A DNA stretch of 64,000 nucleotides from a bacterium (GTDB taxonomy: Bacteria > J088 > JAWLBW01), in NCBI GenBank assembly GCA_041690355.1, contig JAWLHK010000012.1:1-64000 (forward strand), in the 5' to 3' direction. Every line of letters starts with the position of its first letter. The stretch's first letter is position 1. Shown piece by piece: positions 36,642-50,711 of this stretch. The notes beneath the pieces were generated by a model. That model was given only the letters and a program-made list of their open reading frames with translations. It made no database searches and had not been told where the DNA came from. Position numbers and translations under genes: made by a program.

Positions 36642-38186
36642 TCAGCGCCGGCGCCAGCCGACGACGATGCCGAGCGTCAGCAGCAGCTGGGGAAAGATGA
36701 GGACGGCGAAGTTGAAGACATTCGACATCTGCTCATCGGTAAGGCGCACGAAGCTCGCCCGGGGCCCCTTGGGCCGAATCGCGATCTGCTTTTCCAGATC
36801 CGTGAGCCAGTTGGCGGCGTTCAGGAAGAAATCCGAATTGAAGAACGCCTGGGCGAACCGGTTGCTCACGAGGTCGGCGTCGCCGATGACGACGATTTTA
36901 GCCTTGCCTTCCCGCTCTTCGCCCGTAGCCGGCCCGACGGCAACGGCCAGGGGAACGGGGCCCTGCAGATCTTTGTTGTCGAGTTCGACTTCTCCGGTGT
37001 CGTAGAGCCGGTCGATTTCGGTTTCGCCCCAGCCCGTGGCTCCGCTCTTCATGATGGCCGTCGCGGCGTACCCTTCGGGTGCGACGCCGGGACTCACGGA
37101 GCGGGCCTGGGTCAACACGGTCTGTTTCTGGAATTCGCGCGTGATGGGATGTTCAGCGTCGTAACTGGTGACGACGGGCTGCAGGCCGAGCGATTCTCCT
37201 TCGAACAGTCGCAGCACGCGGTCGACGACGACGTCGTTGCCGACCTTGATCCCCCAGCGCGCCAGGAGTTCGTTGAGGGGGCCGCCGACACGCGGATCGA
37301 GCAGCACGTAGAGGCTGCCGCCGCGTTCCAGATAGGCCTGAAGGGTCGCGGTCTCGCTTTCGAGGTAGGGCTTTTCGGGCCCCGCGACGAGCACGACCGT
37401 GCAGTCGTCGGGTACCGCCGGGGCGGCGGCGAGAATGAGCGGCTTCAGCGCATAGTTCTCCCCTTCGAGCGCCTGTGCGGCGAGGGCGTAGCCGAACTCA
37501 GTCTGCGCGTCGCTGAGAGAGCGTTCGCCGTGCCCCTGAACCGTGCAGAGCGTCTTCTTGCCGACCGCGGTGATGTTGAGAATGGCGTTCGTCAGGCTTT
37601 CTTCGAGCGTGGCGGCATTGACCTGCTGCAGCGTCTTGCGGTCTTCGCCCACCTCGACGACGAGGGTCGCGTTCTGGCGGATGGCATAACGTTCGGCCAG
37701 CTCGGGGCGCTTGTCGGGATCGACGACTTCCCAGCTGAAGCGCTTGTCGTTGGCGTAACGGTAGCTACCGAGCAGATCCTCGATGGCGCCGGCCTGTCCC
37801 CCCACGAAGAAGCCGATGACGCGCACGTCCTGGGTCAAGTCACGCATGAGGTTCAGCGTGGAGTCCGACAGCGAGTAGACGCGGTTTTCGGTCAGATCCC
37901 AGCGCTTGTGGTTGCGAGCGGCGATGAAGTTGACGAGGACCAGAATGGCGAGAACGCCTGCCGCGTAGATCAGCGCGTTCGCTCCGGCCCGCGACGAGCG
38001 CCCGAGCAGGGCCGCCTTCAGATCCTGGAAGTTCAGGATGGCGGCCAGCAGGGCGAAGACACCTCCGGCGACGAGATTGATGAGGACATAGGCGCTCCGA
38101 AAAGTTCCGGTGTAGAGGCCGACCCCCAGACCGAACGCCAGCGCGATGAGACCGATGATGCCCAGAATACGCGAGATGGATTTCAT
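36642..38186 (-). CDS. GldG-like ABC auxiliary (uncharacterised transport) protein
   Basis: RWDLTENRVYSLS, QGHGE, VIGDAD, NSDFFLNAANWL, C-terminal TM-WRRR. Confidence 0.87.
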   Translation of the reverse strand: MKSISRILGIIGLIALAFGLGVGLYTGTFRSAYVLINLVAGGVFALLAAILNFQDLKAALLGRSSRAGANALIYAAGVLAILVLVNFIAARNHKRWDLTENRVYSLSDSTLNLMRDLTQDVRVIGFFVGGQAGAIEDLLGSYRYANDKRFSWEVVDPDKRPELAERYAIRQNATLVVEVGEDRKTLQQVNAATLEESLTNAILNITAVGKKTLCTVQGHGERSLSDAQTEFGYALAAQALEGENYALKPLILAAAPAVPDDCTVVLVAGPEKPYLESETATLQAYLERGGSLYVLLDPRVGGPLNELLARWGIKVGNDVVVDRVLRLFEGESLGLQPVVTSYDAEHPITREFQKQTVLTQARSVSPGVAPEGYAATAIMKSGATGWGETEIDRLYDTGEVELDNKDLQGPVPLAVAVGPATGEEREGKAKIVVIGDADLVSNRFAQAFFNSDFFLNAANWLTDLEKQIAIRPKGPRASFVRLTDEQMSNVFNFAVLIFPQLLLTLGIVVGWRRR

Positions 38187-38199
38187 GTCGTCTTCCTCC

Positions 38200-38973
38200 T
38201 CAGCGCCACTTGCGGGATTCGAGGCTGACCCCGGTCAGCACGAGCCCCGCACCGATGAAGGACACATAGTAAACGAGCCCCTTGGTGTCGATGACCCCCT
38301 TCACGAAATCTTCGTAGTGCCCGATGAGCGAGAGGTAGTCGAGCACGTCCTTCGAGGCTCCGCTCATGCTTATCGAGTTGATGTTGATCAGGTAAAACAT
38401 GAGCAGCACGACGAAGCACGAGACGGCGGCCACGATCTGGTTTTCGGTGAGCGAGCTCGTGAACAGTCCCACCGCAATGAAACAGGTGGCCAGAAGCAGC
38501 AGGCCGAGGTAACCGCTGACGACGGGACCGAGCTCGGGGTTGCCGTAGTGGAAGAGGAGTCCGGGGTAAAGGACGGTCAGCCCGATCATGACGGCGAGAA
38601 AAACGAAGGCCGCGGCGAATTTGCCGAGCACGATCTCGCCGATGCCCACCGGGCTCGTCATGAGCAGCTCATCGGTGCGCATCTTTCGCTCCTCGGCGAA
38701 AAGGCGCATGGTGATGAGCGGCACGGTGAGCACGAGAATGACCGTCATGTTCTGCAGGATGGGGGCGAGCACCATCTGGTTCAGATTCATCTGCATGAGC
38801 GCCTGCTGGTTCTGCATCTGCATGTAGAGGAAACTCATGAAGTTGAAGCGGTTCAACAGGCCGAAGAAGATCCACCCGTTGAGCAGCAGAAAGAAGGTGA
38901 GCACGATGTAGCCGATCGGGCTCGTGAAGATGCTGCGCAGTTCACGCGCGGCGATGAAGTACACGTTGCGCAT
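38200..38973 (-). CDS. GldF-like ABC-2 permease
   Basis: FTSPIGY, PLITMRLFAEERKMRTDELLMTSP, SSLTENQIVA. Confidence 0.9.
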   Translation of the reverse strand: MRNVYFIAARELRSIFTSPIGYIVLTFFLLLNGWIFFGLLNRFNFMSFLYMQMQNQQALMQMNLNQMVLAPILQNMTVILVLTVPLITMRLFAEERKMRTDELLMTSPVGIGEIVLGKFAAAFVFLAVMIGLTVLYPGLLFHYGNPELGPVVSGYLGLLLLATCFIAVGLFTSSLTENQIVAAVSCFVVLLMFYLININSISMSGASKDVLDYLSLIGHYEDFVKGVIDTKGLVYYVSFIGAGLVLTGVSLESRKWR

Positions 38974-38990
38974 GGTTCTGTTCTCCGGAA

Positions 38991-39716
38991 TCAGGCTGCC
39001 GCCGGTTGCATGGTGAGCTGAATGAAGACTTCCTCGAGCGACCGTCCGGCTGCGAGGGCCGCAATCGTCTCGTCGGCCACGATCCGGCCGCGGTTGATGA
39101 TGACGGCGCGGTCGCAGGTCATGGCGACTTCAGGCAGGATGTGCGTCGAGAGTATGATCGTGTGGTTGCCCGCCAGGCTCTTGACCAGATTGCGGATCTC
39201 GATAATCTGCTGGGGGTCGAGTCCCGCGGTCGGCTCGTCGAGAATGAGCACGTCGGGGTCGTTGATGAGCGCCTGGGCGAGCCCCACCCGCTGCCGGTAC
39301 CCCTTGGACAGCTTTCCAATGCTGCGCTTCTCCATGTCGGCGATGCTGCACTGGTGCATGACCTGCTCGACACGGGCGCGGCGCTCGCGGGCGGGCACCC
39401 CTTTGATGCGGGCGACGAAGAGCAGAAAGCTGCCCACCGTCATGTCCAGATAAAGGGGCGGCACCTCGGGCATGTACCCGATGCGCTTCTTGACCTCGCG
39501 GGGTTCGCGCTGCACGTCATGACCGGCGATACGCACCGATCCCGAGGTGAGCGGCAGGTAGCCGGTGAGCATGCGCATGGTCGTGCTCTTGCCGGCGCCG
39601 TTGGGGCCGAGAAATCCGACGATTTCTCCCTTTTGCACCGCGAACGAGATGTCGCGCACCGCTTCGACTTCGCCGTAGCGCTTCACGAGGTGGTCGACCT
39701 GAATCATAGGCTCCAT
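38991..39716 (-). CDS. GldA-like ABC transporter ATP-binding protein
   Basis: GPNGAGKST, LSKGYRQR, ILDEPT. Confidence 0.93.
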   Translation of the reverse strand: MEPMIQVDHLVKRYGEVEAVRDISFAVQKGEIVGFLGPNGAGKSTTMRMLTGYLPLTSGSVRIAGHDVQREPREVKKRIGYMPEVPPLYLDMTVGSFLLFVARIKGVPARERRARVEQVMHQCSIADMEKRSIGKLSKGYRQRVGLAQALINDPDVLILDEPTAGLDPQQIIEIRNLVKSLAGNHTIILSTHILPEVAMTCDRAVIINRGRIVADETIAALAAGRSLEEVFIQLTMQPAAA

Positions 39717-39942
39717 GAAACCTCCTAAGACGATCGGTGAATCGGTGGGTGGTAGAAGAAGGGTCACCGAACCATCGCACATGCTACCCATAATGTTGCA
39801 TGATTTCAACCAAATAGGCGCCGTTTCGGCCGGCGGTTCCGCACGCGGGGCCAGGAAGAAGCGTGTCGATTCGGCCGAATCGAACCGGGGGCGCGGCTGG
39901 CGCGCAAGGGTGCGGGGGGCAGCCTCGCGCGGGTGGCCTGCG

Positions 39943-40458
<516 letters not shown>

Positions 40459-40479
40459 GATTGTGCCCGCCTGAAATTT

Positions 40480-40517
40480 TTGACATTTTCCGCAGACGAC
40501 AGTACCCTGCCGTCTGC
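40480..40517 (+). promoter_or_regulatory. Internal sigma70 promoter for glnA with overlapping inverted repeat
   Basis: TTGACA-N17-TACCCT; GCAGACGACAG-N4-CTGCCGTCTGC. Confidence 0.6.
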
Positions 40518-40563
40518 ATTCGTTTAACCCTGTGACTGTTCGTGTTTGAAAGGTAGGTTCTCC

Positions 40564-41985
<1,422 letters not shown>

Positions 41986-42010
41986 TCGGGCAGTCCCGGT
42001 TCACACATGC

Positions 42011-42045
42011 GAAAGCCCGCTTCTGAAAGGAAGCGGGCTTTTTTC
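42011..42045 (+). terminator. Rho-independent terminator after glnA
   Basis: aaagcccgcttc-tgaaag-gaagcgggcttttttc. Confidence 0.9.
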
Positions 42046-42092
42046 ATGCCCGCATGCGGGCGGCGGGCAGGCACAGATCGATGTGCCGTGCG

Positions 42093-42965
42093 CTACGCTT
42101 GGTCCCGATCCGGCGTCCGGCGCCCGCCCTCCGCCCCGGGGCGATGGAAGTCGGGCCGCTCGTCGAGCCAGGTGCTCCGGCCGCGAAACCGGAGGCCCTC
42201 GCGCAGGAGCGCTTCGTGCGGCCCGGCGTAGTAGACGCGCTCGAGGTAGAGCCCGTCGGGAGGCGCCGTCTGACCCGCCCGCCTGCGGTCGCATGCCTGA
42301 ATGACGGCCGCCATTTCGGCTGCAGAGCGCTTGCCGAGACCGACCTCGACCAGGGTGCCGACGATATTGCGCACCATGTATTTCAGAAACCCCTCGCCCG
42401 CAATGCGGAAGTGGAGCTCGTCGCCCACCGCCTGCCAGCCCACGCGGAAGATGGTGCGCACGGTCTCTTCGACTTCGGTGTTGGTGGCCTGAAACGAAGC
42501 GAAGTCGTGGCGCCCGGCCAGGGCCGTGGCGGCCTCGATCATGGCCTCGAGATCGAGGGGTGCGACGACGTGCCAGACACGCCCGCGATCGAGCGCCGTG
42601 CGCTGACGACGGTTAAGAATCCGGTAACAGTACGTCTTCGAGAGGGCGCTGCGGCGCGCGTGAAATTCAGCCGGCATCTCGGCGATCCCGAGCAGCGCGA
42701 TGTCGCGGGGGAGGTGGTGATTGACGCCGCCGCGCAGGGCGTCGAGCGGCAGGTCGGTCTCGAGCTCGACGTTGCCGACCTGAAACATCGCGTGCACGCC
42801 CGCATCGGTGCGGCCGCTGCAGTGCACGACGGGGGGCTCGGCCGATCCAGTGAGCCGCTGCAGGGCTCGGCGCACTTCGTCGTGAACCGTGCGGCGACCG
42901 GGCTGCAGCTGCCATCCGGAAAAAGCGGCGCCGTCGTATTCGAGAATCAGCCCCAGGTTGCGCAT
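42093..42965 (-). CDS. truA: tRNA pseudouridine(38-40) synthase
   Basis: EYDGAAFSGWQ, SGRTDAGVHA, HDFASF, FLKYMVRNIVG, TAPPDGLYL. Confidence 0.97.
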   Translation of the reverse strand: MRNLGLILEYDGAAFSGWQLQPGRRTVHDEVRRALQRLTGSAEPPVVHCSGRTDAGVHAMFQVGNVELETDLPLDALRGGVNHHLPRDIALLGIAEMPAEFHARRSALSKTYCYRILNRRQRTALDRGRVWHVVAPLDLEAMIEAATALAGRHDFASFQATNTEVEETVRTIFRVGWQAVGDELHFRIAGEGFLKYMVRNIVGTLVEVGLGKRSAAEMAAVIQACDRRRAGQTAPPDGLYLERVYYAGPHEALLREGLRFRGRSTWLDERPDFHRPGAEGGRRTPDRDQA

Positions 42966-42981
42966 CGGACGAGGCCGAGCG

Positions 42982-43752
42982 TCAGAGGTCGAACATGAAG
43001 CCGCCGAACCAGGTCTGGGCGCTCAGATCGAATCCGCTGTTGTCGCCGAAGTTCGTCATGTCCGAATCGCGGTACTCGACGAACAGGTACGTGTTGTTGA
43101 TTCCCCAGTTCGCGTCCATCGACCCGGCCGAGGTCGGATCGAGCCAGTCGAGCAGGATCTGGCCGCCGGCACGCCAGTGCCAGCCGCGTTTTCCTCCGGT
43201 CACGCTGTCGCCGGAACCCCCCTCTTTGGCGTCGGAGAAGTACCAGTAGTCCAGGCCGGCCCCGGCAAAGGGGACCACCGGCTGCCCCTCGAAGAGCGCC
43301 ATGTGATAGGTCACGCCGAGCGAAGCGGGAACGATCGTGAAGGTCTCTTTCTGGGCTGAAACGGCACCCCCCGCAGTCAGGGTATTGCCTGAAGCGCTCA
43401 TGTAGCCGAGCGTGCCGGTGACGCCGAGTGCGCCGATGTACCGGTAGATAAGCGGCTGGTACTCGTACTCGATGGCGAAGGCCGGGCGGAACTTGTCGCC
43501 GAAAATCGTTTCGAACTGCGGCCCCGAAGGGTTGCCGGGATTGATCCGCTCCGGCGTATAGTCGCCGACCTTGAGCGCCAGCGCGCCCGATCGCTCGCTG
43601 TGCGTCGGTTCGATTTCGGGCGGCCGGGCGGGAGGCAGCTCGCGCCGCACACCCTCTTCTGCAGCGGGCGGTTCATCCTGGGCCTCGGCGACCGGAGCCG
43701 CGAGCCACCAGGCTGCGATACCGAGCGCGGCGGCGAAAAGACGCGTCTTCAT
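42982..43752 (-). CDS. Outer-membrane beta-barrel protein (MXAN_2562-like)
   Basis: Signal peptide; [19 protein letters not shown]; terminal FMFDL. Confidence 0.75.
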   Translation of the reverse strand: MKTRLFAAALGIAAWWLAAPVAEAQDEPPAAEEGVRRELPPARPPEIEPTHSERSGALALKVGDYTPERINPGNPSGPQFETIFGDKFRPAFAIEYEYQPLIYRYIGALGVTGTLGYMSASGNTLTAGGAVSAQKETFTIVPASLGVTYHMALFEGQPVVPFAGAGLDYWYFSDAKEGGSGDSVTGGKRGWHWRAGGQILLDWLDPTSAGSMDANWGINNTYLFVEYRDSDMTNFGDNSGFDLSAQTWFGGFMFDL

Positions 43753-44876
43753 GCGACCTCCTGTTTCCGGCGGGTCCCCAGGGCCAGCAGGAGCCCCAGA
43801 ATCCCGGCCGCCGCAAATCCCCAGCCCGCGGCGGGATGCAGTACGGCGTAGCTGAATGCGATGAGCGGCAGCAGGCCGATGCGCACGGCGGCACGGGCCG
43901 TCTCGCTCTCCCGGATCCAGTCGGCGATCGGCGGACTGACGCGATAATAGAACGACACGAAGGCGCGGCCCGGCGCATGGCCCAGCAGAACACGGTCGCG
44001 GAACTGGCGCAGGATGCGTACGTGCGCTTCCTCATACGAACCATAGGCGGCGGTGGCGATGAAGCAGCCGCCGTTCTCTCCGGCCAGATCGGCGAGGGTC
44101 ACGGTCGTTACCGGCTGCGCAAGCGTCTCGACAATCTCACCCTGCGCATTGCGGGGGAAATCGCTCGTCTTGCCCACCCAGTCGACGGCGCGCACGGTTG
44201 CATAGTACTGCTTCCCGTTCTGAAGCCCCTCGACGAGCGCCTCGTTCGTCGAGACCCGCTGCGAAGGCTGCGCCGTCGCCTGCTGCGTGGTCAGATCGGC
44301 GAACGACTCGGTGCTGTAGGAAACAAGCCACCCGTCGATGACTTCATTGTTGCTGCGGCCTGGAGCGTCCCAGGTCACGAGGATGGCCTCGTCGGCCCCT
44401 TGGGCCTGGACCCCTTTCGGCGCATCCGGCGCCGTCTGGTCGACGATGATGACGTAGGTCGTCGTGGCGGTCGGCGAGGCCGACTCTGCGGTGCCCGTGG
44501 GCCGGAACTCGACCCGGAACGTGTTCGTATCGGTGAAGCCGCGGCTGAGTGAGGCGTTGGAGACCGAAAGGGTGCGCGTGATCGTCTCGGCCGCCGTGAC
44601 TTCGACGGTGGCGCCGAACGGAGCGCCGTTGAGCAGGAACTTGAGGGAACCTGCTTCGTCGACGTCGAAATCGAAGGTCGCGACGCCGGCCTGCGAATTC
44701 GTCCCAAGCTCGTTGATGCCCACCACCGGCGTGGGAAAGCCGGTCAGGCGCCGCGGCTGCGGCGTGACCTGCGATGCCGTCAGCGTCGCGGCGGCGGCCG
44801 AGCCGGCCACCGAGAGTACGAGGCCGGCCGCGAGCCAGAAGAAACGATTATTTTTTCGCGGGCATGTATTTGTCAA
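43749..44876 (-). CDS. Exported FN3-domain protein with CFI-box-CTERM domain
   Basis: DQTAPDAP...VTWDAP...[28 protein letters not shown]...LRQFRDRVL...[12 protein letters not shown]-terminal TM plus basic tail; TTG start with GAGGT. Confidence 0.82.
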   Translation of the reverse strand: MTNTCPRKNNRFFWLAAGLVLSVAGSAAAATLTASQVTPQPRRLTGFPTPVVGINELGTNSQAGVATFDFDVDEAGSLKFLLNGAPFGATVEVTAAETITRTLSVSNASLSRGFTDTNTFRVEFRPTGTAESASPTATTTYVIIVDQTAPDAPKGVQAQGADEAILVTWDAPGRSNNEVIDGWLVSYSTESFADLTTQQATAQPSQRVSTNEALVEGLQNGKQYYATVRAVDWVGKTSDFPRNAQGEIVETLAQPVTTVTLADLAGENGGCFIATAAYGSYEEAHVRILRQFRDRVLLGHAPGRAFVSFYYRVSPPIADWIRESETARAAVRIGLLPLIAFSYAVLHPAAGWGFAAAGILGLLLALGTRRKQEVA

Positions 44877-45879
44877 TGAGCACCTCGGCAATCTGTACGG
44901 CGTTCAGTGCGGCCCCTTTGAGCAGCTGATCGCCGGCGACAAAGAGGTTCACGGCGTGGTCGTTCGACAGATCGTTGCGAATGCGGCCGACGTAGCAGTC
45001 ATATTTCTCGCTGACTTCGACCGGCATGGGGAAATGGTTCTTTTCAGGGTCGTCCTGAAGGTGGACGCCGGGAAAGGCGCGCAGCGCATCGCGGATGCTC
45101 TCGAGCGACGGCCGCCGGTCGGCGAACTCCACGTACAGCGATTCGGCATGCGCGCGCAGGATCGGGACGCGCACGCAGGTCGCGGTGACGCCGATCGAAT
45201 CGTCGTGAAGGATTTTGCGCGTCTCCTTGATCATCTTCATTTCCTCTTCGTTGTACCCTTCGGCGCCGACGGCGCTGTTGTGGCTGAAGAGGTTGAAGGC
45301 GTACTGGTGCGGGAAGATCTGCTTCGTGAGCGGCTTGCCCTCCAGATACTCGCGGGTCTGGTTCTGCAGCTCCTCCATCGCGGCGGCCCCGGCGCCGCTG
45401 GCGGCCTGGTAGGTCGAGGAAATGATGCGTGAAACCTTGCCGAGCTTCGTCAGCGGGTAGACGGCCATCAGCATGATGATCGTCGAGCAATTCGGGTTCG
45501 CGATGATCCCCTTATGCTTTCCGATATCCTCGGGATTGATCTCCGGAACGACGAGCGGGTGTTCCGGGTGCATGCGGAAGGCCGACGAATTGTCGATGAC
45601 GACCGCACCCGCGTCGACGGCGGCCTGCGCGAATTCCTTCGAGCGGCTGCCCCCGGCCGAGAAGAGCGCAATGTCGACGCCGCGAAAGCTGTCTTTCGTA
45701 AGCTCTTCGACCGCGTATTCCCTGCCCGCGAAGGTCATCTTCTTGCCCACGCTGCGGGCGCTGGCGAGGAGTTTCAGCTCGCCGACGGGGAACTTGCGAT
45801 CCTCGAGAATCTTGAGGAACTCGACGCCGACGGCCCCGGTGGCTCCTGCGATGGCAACATTGTAACGACGATCGGACAT
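44848..45879 (-). CDS. asd: Aspartate-semialdehyde dehydrogenase
   Basis: [45 protein letters not shown]. Confidence 0.98.
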   Translation of the reverse strand: MSDRRYNVAIAGATGAVGVEFLKILEDRKFPVGELKLLASARSVGKKMTFAGREYAVEELTKDSFRGVDIALFSAGGSRSKEFAQAAVDAGAVVIDNSSAFRMHPEHPLVVPEINPEDIGKHKGIIANPNCSTIIMLMAVYPLTKLGKVSRIISSTYQAASGAGAAAMEELQNQTREYLEGKPLTKQIFPHQYAFNLFSHNSAVGAEGYNEEEMKMIKETRKILHDDSIGVTATCVRVPILRAHAESLYVEFADRRPSLESIRDALRAFPGVHLQDDPEKNHFPMPVEVSEKYDCYVGRIRNDLSNDHAVNLFVAGDQLLKGAALNAVQIAEVLIDKYMPAKK

Positions 45880-45981
45880 ACCAGCTTCCTTCCTGCCTCT
45901 CGTGTGGCCGCGTCTACGGCCGCGCTTCCTGAATGCGAACCGGAATAGAGAACGATGACGCGCCGAAGCGCGTGGGTGCGA

Positions 45982-47070
45982 TCAGGCGATGATCCCCTTC
46001 AGGCTCTCGCGCACGGCGGCGCCCATGGCCTTGCAGCCGATGACTTTCTCGCCGGGCGCGGCGATGTCGCCGGTACGCAGACCGCGCGCCAGGACGTCAT
46101 CGACCGCCTTCTCGATGGCGTCGGCCGCCGCCCCCTGATCGAAGCTGTAGCGCAGCATCATGGCCGCCGAGAGAATCGTGGCGATCGGGTTGGCCTTGTC
46201 CTGGCCTGCGATGTCGGGCGCCGAGCCATGCACCGGCTCGTACATGCCGACCTTGCCCCCCAGGCTCGCGCTCGGGAGCATCCCGATGCTGCCGGTCAGC
46301 ATGGCGGCTTCGTCCGAGAGGATGTCGCCGAAGAGATTCGTGGTCACGACCACGTCGAACTGGCGCGGGTTGCGCACGAGCTGCATGGCGCAATTGTCCA
46401 CGTACATGTGGTGGAGCTCGATATCCGTATATTCCGCATCGCGGATGCCCTGGACGACGCGGCGCCACAGCTCGGTGGTTTCGAGCACGTTGGCCTTGTC
46501 GATGGAGTGCACCTTGCGGCCGCGCTTGCGGGCGATGTCGAAGGCGACGCGGGCAATACGATCAATCTCGGGGGTCGTGTAGACGAGCGTGTTCACGCCG
46601 CGCTCGGTGCCGTCGGGGAGCTTCTCGACCCCCTTGGGCTTTCCGAAGTAGATCCCGCCCGTCAGCTCGCGAACGACCATGATGTCGATGCCCGACACGA
46701 CCTCGGGTTTGAGCGTCGACGCGGCCACGAGGGCGGGATAAACCACGGCGGGGCGCAGATTGGCGAACAGCCCCAGCTCGGCGCGCAGGGCCAGAAGAGC
46801 GCGCTCGGGCCGTACCGCGTAGTCGAGCCCTTCCCACTTGGGGCCGCCGACGGCGCCGAGCAGGACGGCGTCACTGGCCTTGGCAAGCGCCAGCGTCGCG
46901 TCGGCCATCGGCACGCCGTGTTTATCGATGGCGCAGCCACCCACCAGATCATGCGTGAATTCGAACTGCAGATCGAACTTCGGGGCGATCATCTCGAGAA
47001 CGGCGACCGCCTCGCCCATGACTTCGGGCCCGATACCGTCGCCGGCGAATACTGCAACCTTGTACTTCAT
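45982..47070 (-). CDS. leuB: 3-isopropylmalate dehydrogenase
   Basis: [46 protein letters not shown]. Confidence 0.98.
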   Translation of the reverse strand: MKYKVAVFAGDGIGPEVMGEAVAVLEMIAPKFDLQFEFTHDLVGGCAIDKHGVPMADATLALAKASDAVLLGAVGGPKWEGLDYAVRPERALLALRAELGLFANLRPAVVYPALVAASTLKPEVVSGIDIMVVRELTGGIYFGKPKGVEKLPDGTERGVNTLVYTTPEIDRIARVAFDIARKRGRKVHSIDKANVLETTELWRRVVQGIRDAEYTDIELHHMYVDNCAMQLVRNPRQFDVVVTTNLFGDILSDEAAMLTGSIGMLPSASLGGKVGMYEPVHGSAPDIAGQDKANPIATILSAAMMLRYSFDQGAAADAIEKAVDDVLARGLRTGDIAAPGEKVIGCKAMGAAVRESLKGIIA

Positions 47071-47115
47071 GTCGTCAATCTCTCAGAAACGGAATAAAGG
47101 GAAACGCCCCGGAAC

Positions 47116-48684
47116 TCACGGGCCCACTTCGCGCGGCGGCGGCTGCCCCTCGCCTTCGAGGTTCACCCAGTTCTGCCGGCGGTATTCAAGCTTGTTCAGC
47201 GCATTGACATACGACTTCGCGCTCGCGACGACGATGTCGGTGTGCGCCCCTTGCCCCAGCGCCGTCTTGCCCTCGAGCTCGAGGCGCACGATGACTTCGC
47301 CCTGCGCGTCGGTGCCGCCCGAGATGCTGCTCACCGTGTACTGCAGCATGCGCGCCTGGGTGCCCGTAATGCGTTTGATGGCGTTCAGGGCGGCGTCGAC
47401 CGGGCCGTCGCCGTTCGATGTTCCCTTGACCGGCTCGCCGTCGATCTCCATCTGCACGGTCGCCGTCGGCAGCATGTCGGTGCCGCTCGCCACGTTACAG
47501 CCGTTCAGTTTGTAGCGGTAGGGGGTCGTCTGCTGAACCTGCTCGGCCACGAGGGCCTCGAGATCCTCGTCGAAGATTTCCTTCTTCTTGTCCGCAAGGG
47601 CTTTGAACTTGCGGAAGGCCTCGTTGAGGGCATCCTCGCCGAGTTCGTAGCCGAGCGACTTCAAACGATCGCGAAAGGCGTGCCGGCCGCTGTGTTTGCC
47701 GAGCACGAGCTTGTTCTGATCGAGACCGATGCTCTCGGGGGTCATGATCTCGTAGGTCAGGCGCTGCTTCAGCACACCGTCCTGGTGAATGCCCGCTTCA
47801 TGCGCGAACGCGTTCGCACCCACGATCGCTTTGTTCGGCTGCACGAGCATGCCGGTCACCTGGCTCAGCAGGCGGCTCGAATGGTAGATCTGCGTGGTGT
47901 CGATGGTCGTCTCGACGCCGAAGACTTCGGGCCGGGTCTTGATGGCCATGACGATCTCTTCGAGCGCGGCGTTGCCGGCCCGTTCGCCGATGCCGTTGAC
48001 CGTGCACTCTACCTGCCGGGCCCCGGCGCGCACGGCCATCAGGCTGTTGGCAACGGCGAGGCCGAGATCGTTGTGGCAGTGCACCGAGATGACCGCCTTG
48101 TCCATCCCGCGCAGGTTGGCGAGGAGAAACTCGATGAGTTTTCCGTATTCCCCCGGCGTCGTGTAGCCGACGGTATCGGGGACGTTCAGCGTATTCGCGC
48201 CGGCGTCGAGGGCGACCTGAAAGACTTCGCGCAGGAAATCCCAGTCGGAGCGGGTCGCGTCTTCGGCGCTGAATTCGACATGTTCCACATACGAACGCGC
48301 CTGGGTCACCGCCCGCCCGGCTTCGGCCAGCACCTGATCGCGCGACATCTTGAGCTTGTACTTCATGTGGATGTCGCTGGTCGCGATGAACGTGTGGATA
48401 GCGGGGCGCTTGGCATGGCGCACGGCCTCGAAGCAGCGCTCGATGTCGCGCTCGCTCGTGCGCGCGAGCCCGGCCACCATCGGCCCCTCGACCTGCTGGG
48501 CGATCGTGCGTACGGCCTCGAAGTCGCCGTCGGAGGCCATCGGGAATCCGGCCTCGATGATGTCGACGCGCAGGCGCGAGAGCTGGTGGGCGACGCGCAG
48601 CTTCTCGTCGACGTTCATGCTCGCGCCGGGGCTCTGTTCGCCGTCGCGCAGGGTGGTGTCGAAAATGCGGATGCGGTTGCTCAC
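47116..48684 (-). CDS. leuA: 2-isopropylmalate synthase
   Basis: [38 protein letters not shown] overlaps the pssA stop. Confidence 0.97.
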   Translation of the reverse strand: MSNRIRIFDTTLRDGEQSPGASMNVDEKLRVAHQLSRLRVDIIEAGFPMASDGDFEAVRTIAQQVEGPMVAGLARTSERDIERCFEAVRHAKRPAIHTFIATSDIHMKYKLKMSRDQVLAEAGRAVTQARSYVEHVEFSAEDATRSDWDFLREVFQVALDAGANTLNVPDTVGYTTPGEYGKLIEFLLANLRGMDKAVISVHCHNDLGLAVANSLMAVRAGARQVECTVNGIGERAGNAALEEIVMAIKTRPEVFGVETTIDTTQIYHSSRLLSQVTGMLVQPNKAIVGANAFAHEAGIHQDGVLKQRLTYEIMTPESIGLDQNKLVLGKHSGRHAFRDRLKSLGYELGEDALNEAFRKFKALADKKKEIFDEDLEALVAEQVQQTTPYRYKLNGCNVASGTDMLPTATVQMEIDGEPVKGTSNGDGPVDAALNAIKRITGTQARMLQYTVSSISGGTDAQGEVIVRLELEGKTALGQGAHTDIVVASAKSYVNALNKLEYRRQNWVNLEGEGQPPPREVGP

Positions 48685-49655
48685 AGTCCCCCTCCGTCCC
48701 GATTGGCATCGGATTCGGCGTCGGCCAGGTCTTCGGCATACAGCTCGTCGGCCGCCCCGGTCTGCCCCGTCTTGCGATGGTGGCGGAAGAGGAACCATTC
48801 GACGGGGCCGCTGAAGAAGTAGCCCATGGCGATGAAAAACAGCGAGATGACCGGCTGCGCGGCGACGAGGATGATCAGGCCGACGGCGATGAGCAGGACG
48901 AAGAACGGCGCCCGCTTGAGCGGATCGATGTCCTTCGAGAGGCTGCGGTAGCGCACGTTGCTGACCATCATGAGGCCGGCCATGAACGTGATGGCGAGAA
49001 AGACCCAGTGCGGCAGCTCGAGCACGTTGCGCTTGAGCAGCCAGGTGACCTGCTTCGTGCTCTCGTCGCCGCCGAAATCGGCCAGGTAGAGATAGAAGAG
49101 CACCGTGGCCGCGATGACCATGGCGGCCGCCGGTGACGGCAGCCCCTGGAAACTCTTCTTCTCGACATCGCCGCTCTGCACGTTGAAGCGGGCCAGCCGC
49201 AGGGCCGCGCAGGCCGCATACAGAAAGCAGGCCAGCCAGCCGTACCGCTGAAACGGCTCGAGCGCCCAGGCATACATGAGCAGGGCCGGGGCAACGCCGA
49301 ATGCGACCAGGTCGCTCAGCGAGTCGTACTCGGCGCCGAAGTCGCTGGCCGTGCGGGTCAGCCGGGCCACGGCTCCGTCGACCGAATCGAAGGCCGCCGA
49401 CACGAATATCGCGATGGCGGCCACCTGATAGTAACCGCTTACGATGGCGTCGGTGCCGCCCGCGAGCTGCTCCAAGCGCGATTCGTCAATGCCCGCCCGT
49501 CGCAGGTTGTCGAGGGCCGACGCGAGCGAGTGCCCTTTGAGGCTCGAGATGATCCCGTAGAAACCCGCAAAGAGGCTCGCGCTCGTGAAGAGGTTGGGAA
49601 GGACGTAGATGCCCCTCCGCAACCCCGTTCGCGCCGGCTTTTCGATGTCGGCCAT
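48681..49655 (-). CDS. pssA: CDP-diacylglycerol--serine O-phosphatidyltransferase
   Basis: LPNLFT, DSVDGAVAR..FGAEYDSLSDLVAFGVAP, RLARFN, FQGLPSP. Confidence 0.95.
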   Translation of the reverse strand: MADIEKPARTGLRRGIYVLPNLFTSASLFAGFYGIISSLKGHSLASALDNLRRAGIDESRLEQLAGGTDAIVSGYYQVAAIAIFVSAAFDSVDGAVARLTRTASDFGAEYDSLSDLVAFGVAPALLMYAWALEPFQRYGWLACFLYAACAALRLARFNVQSGDVEKKSFQGLPSPAAAMVIAATVLFYLYLADFGGDESTKQVTWLLKRNVLELPHWVFLAITFMAGLMMVSNVRYRSLSKDIDPLKRAPFFVLLIAVGLIILVAAQPVISLFFIAMGYFFSGPVEWFLFRHHRKTGQTGAADELYAEDLADAESDANRDGGGL

Positions 49656-49667
49656 TGCTGCCCGTGC

Positions 49668-50696
<1,029 letters not shown>

Positions 50697-50711
50697 TTAA
50701 CCAGGGCCGAA

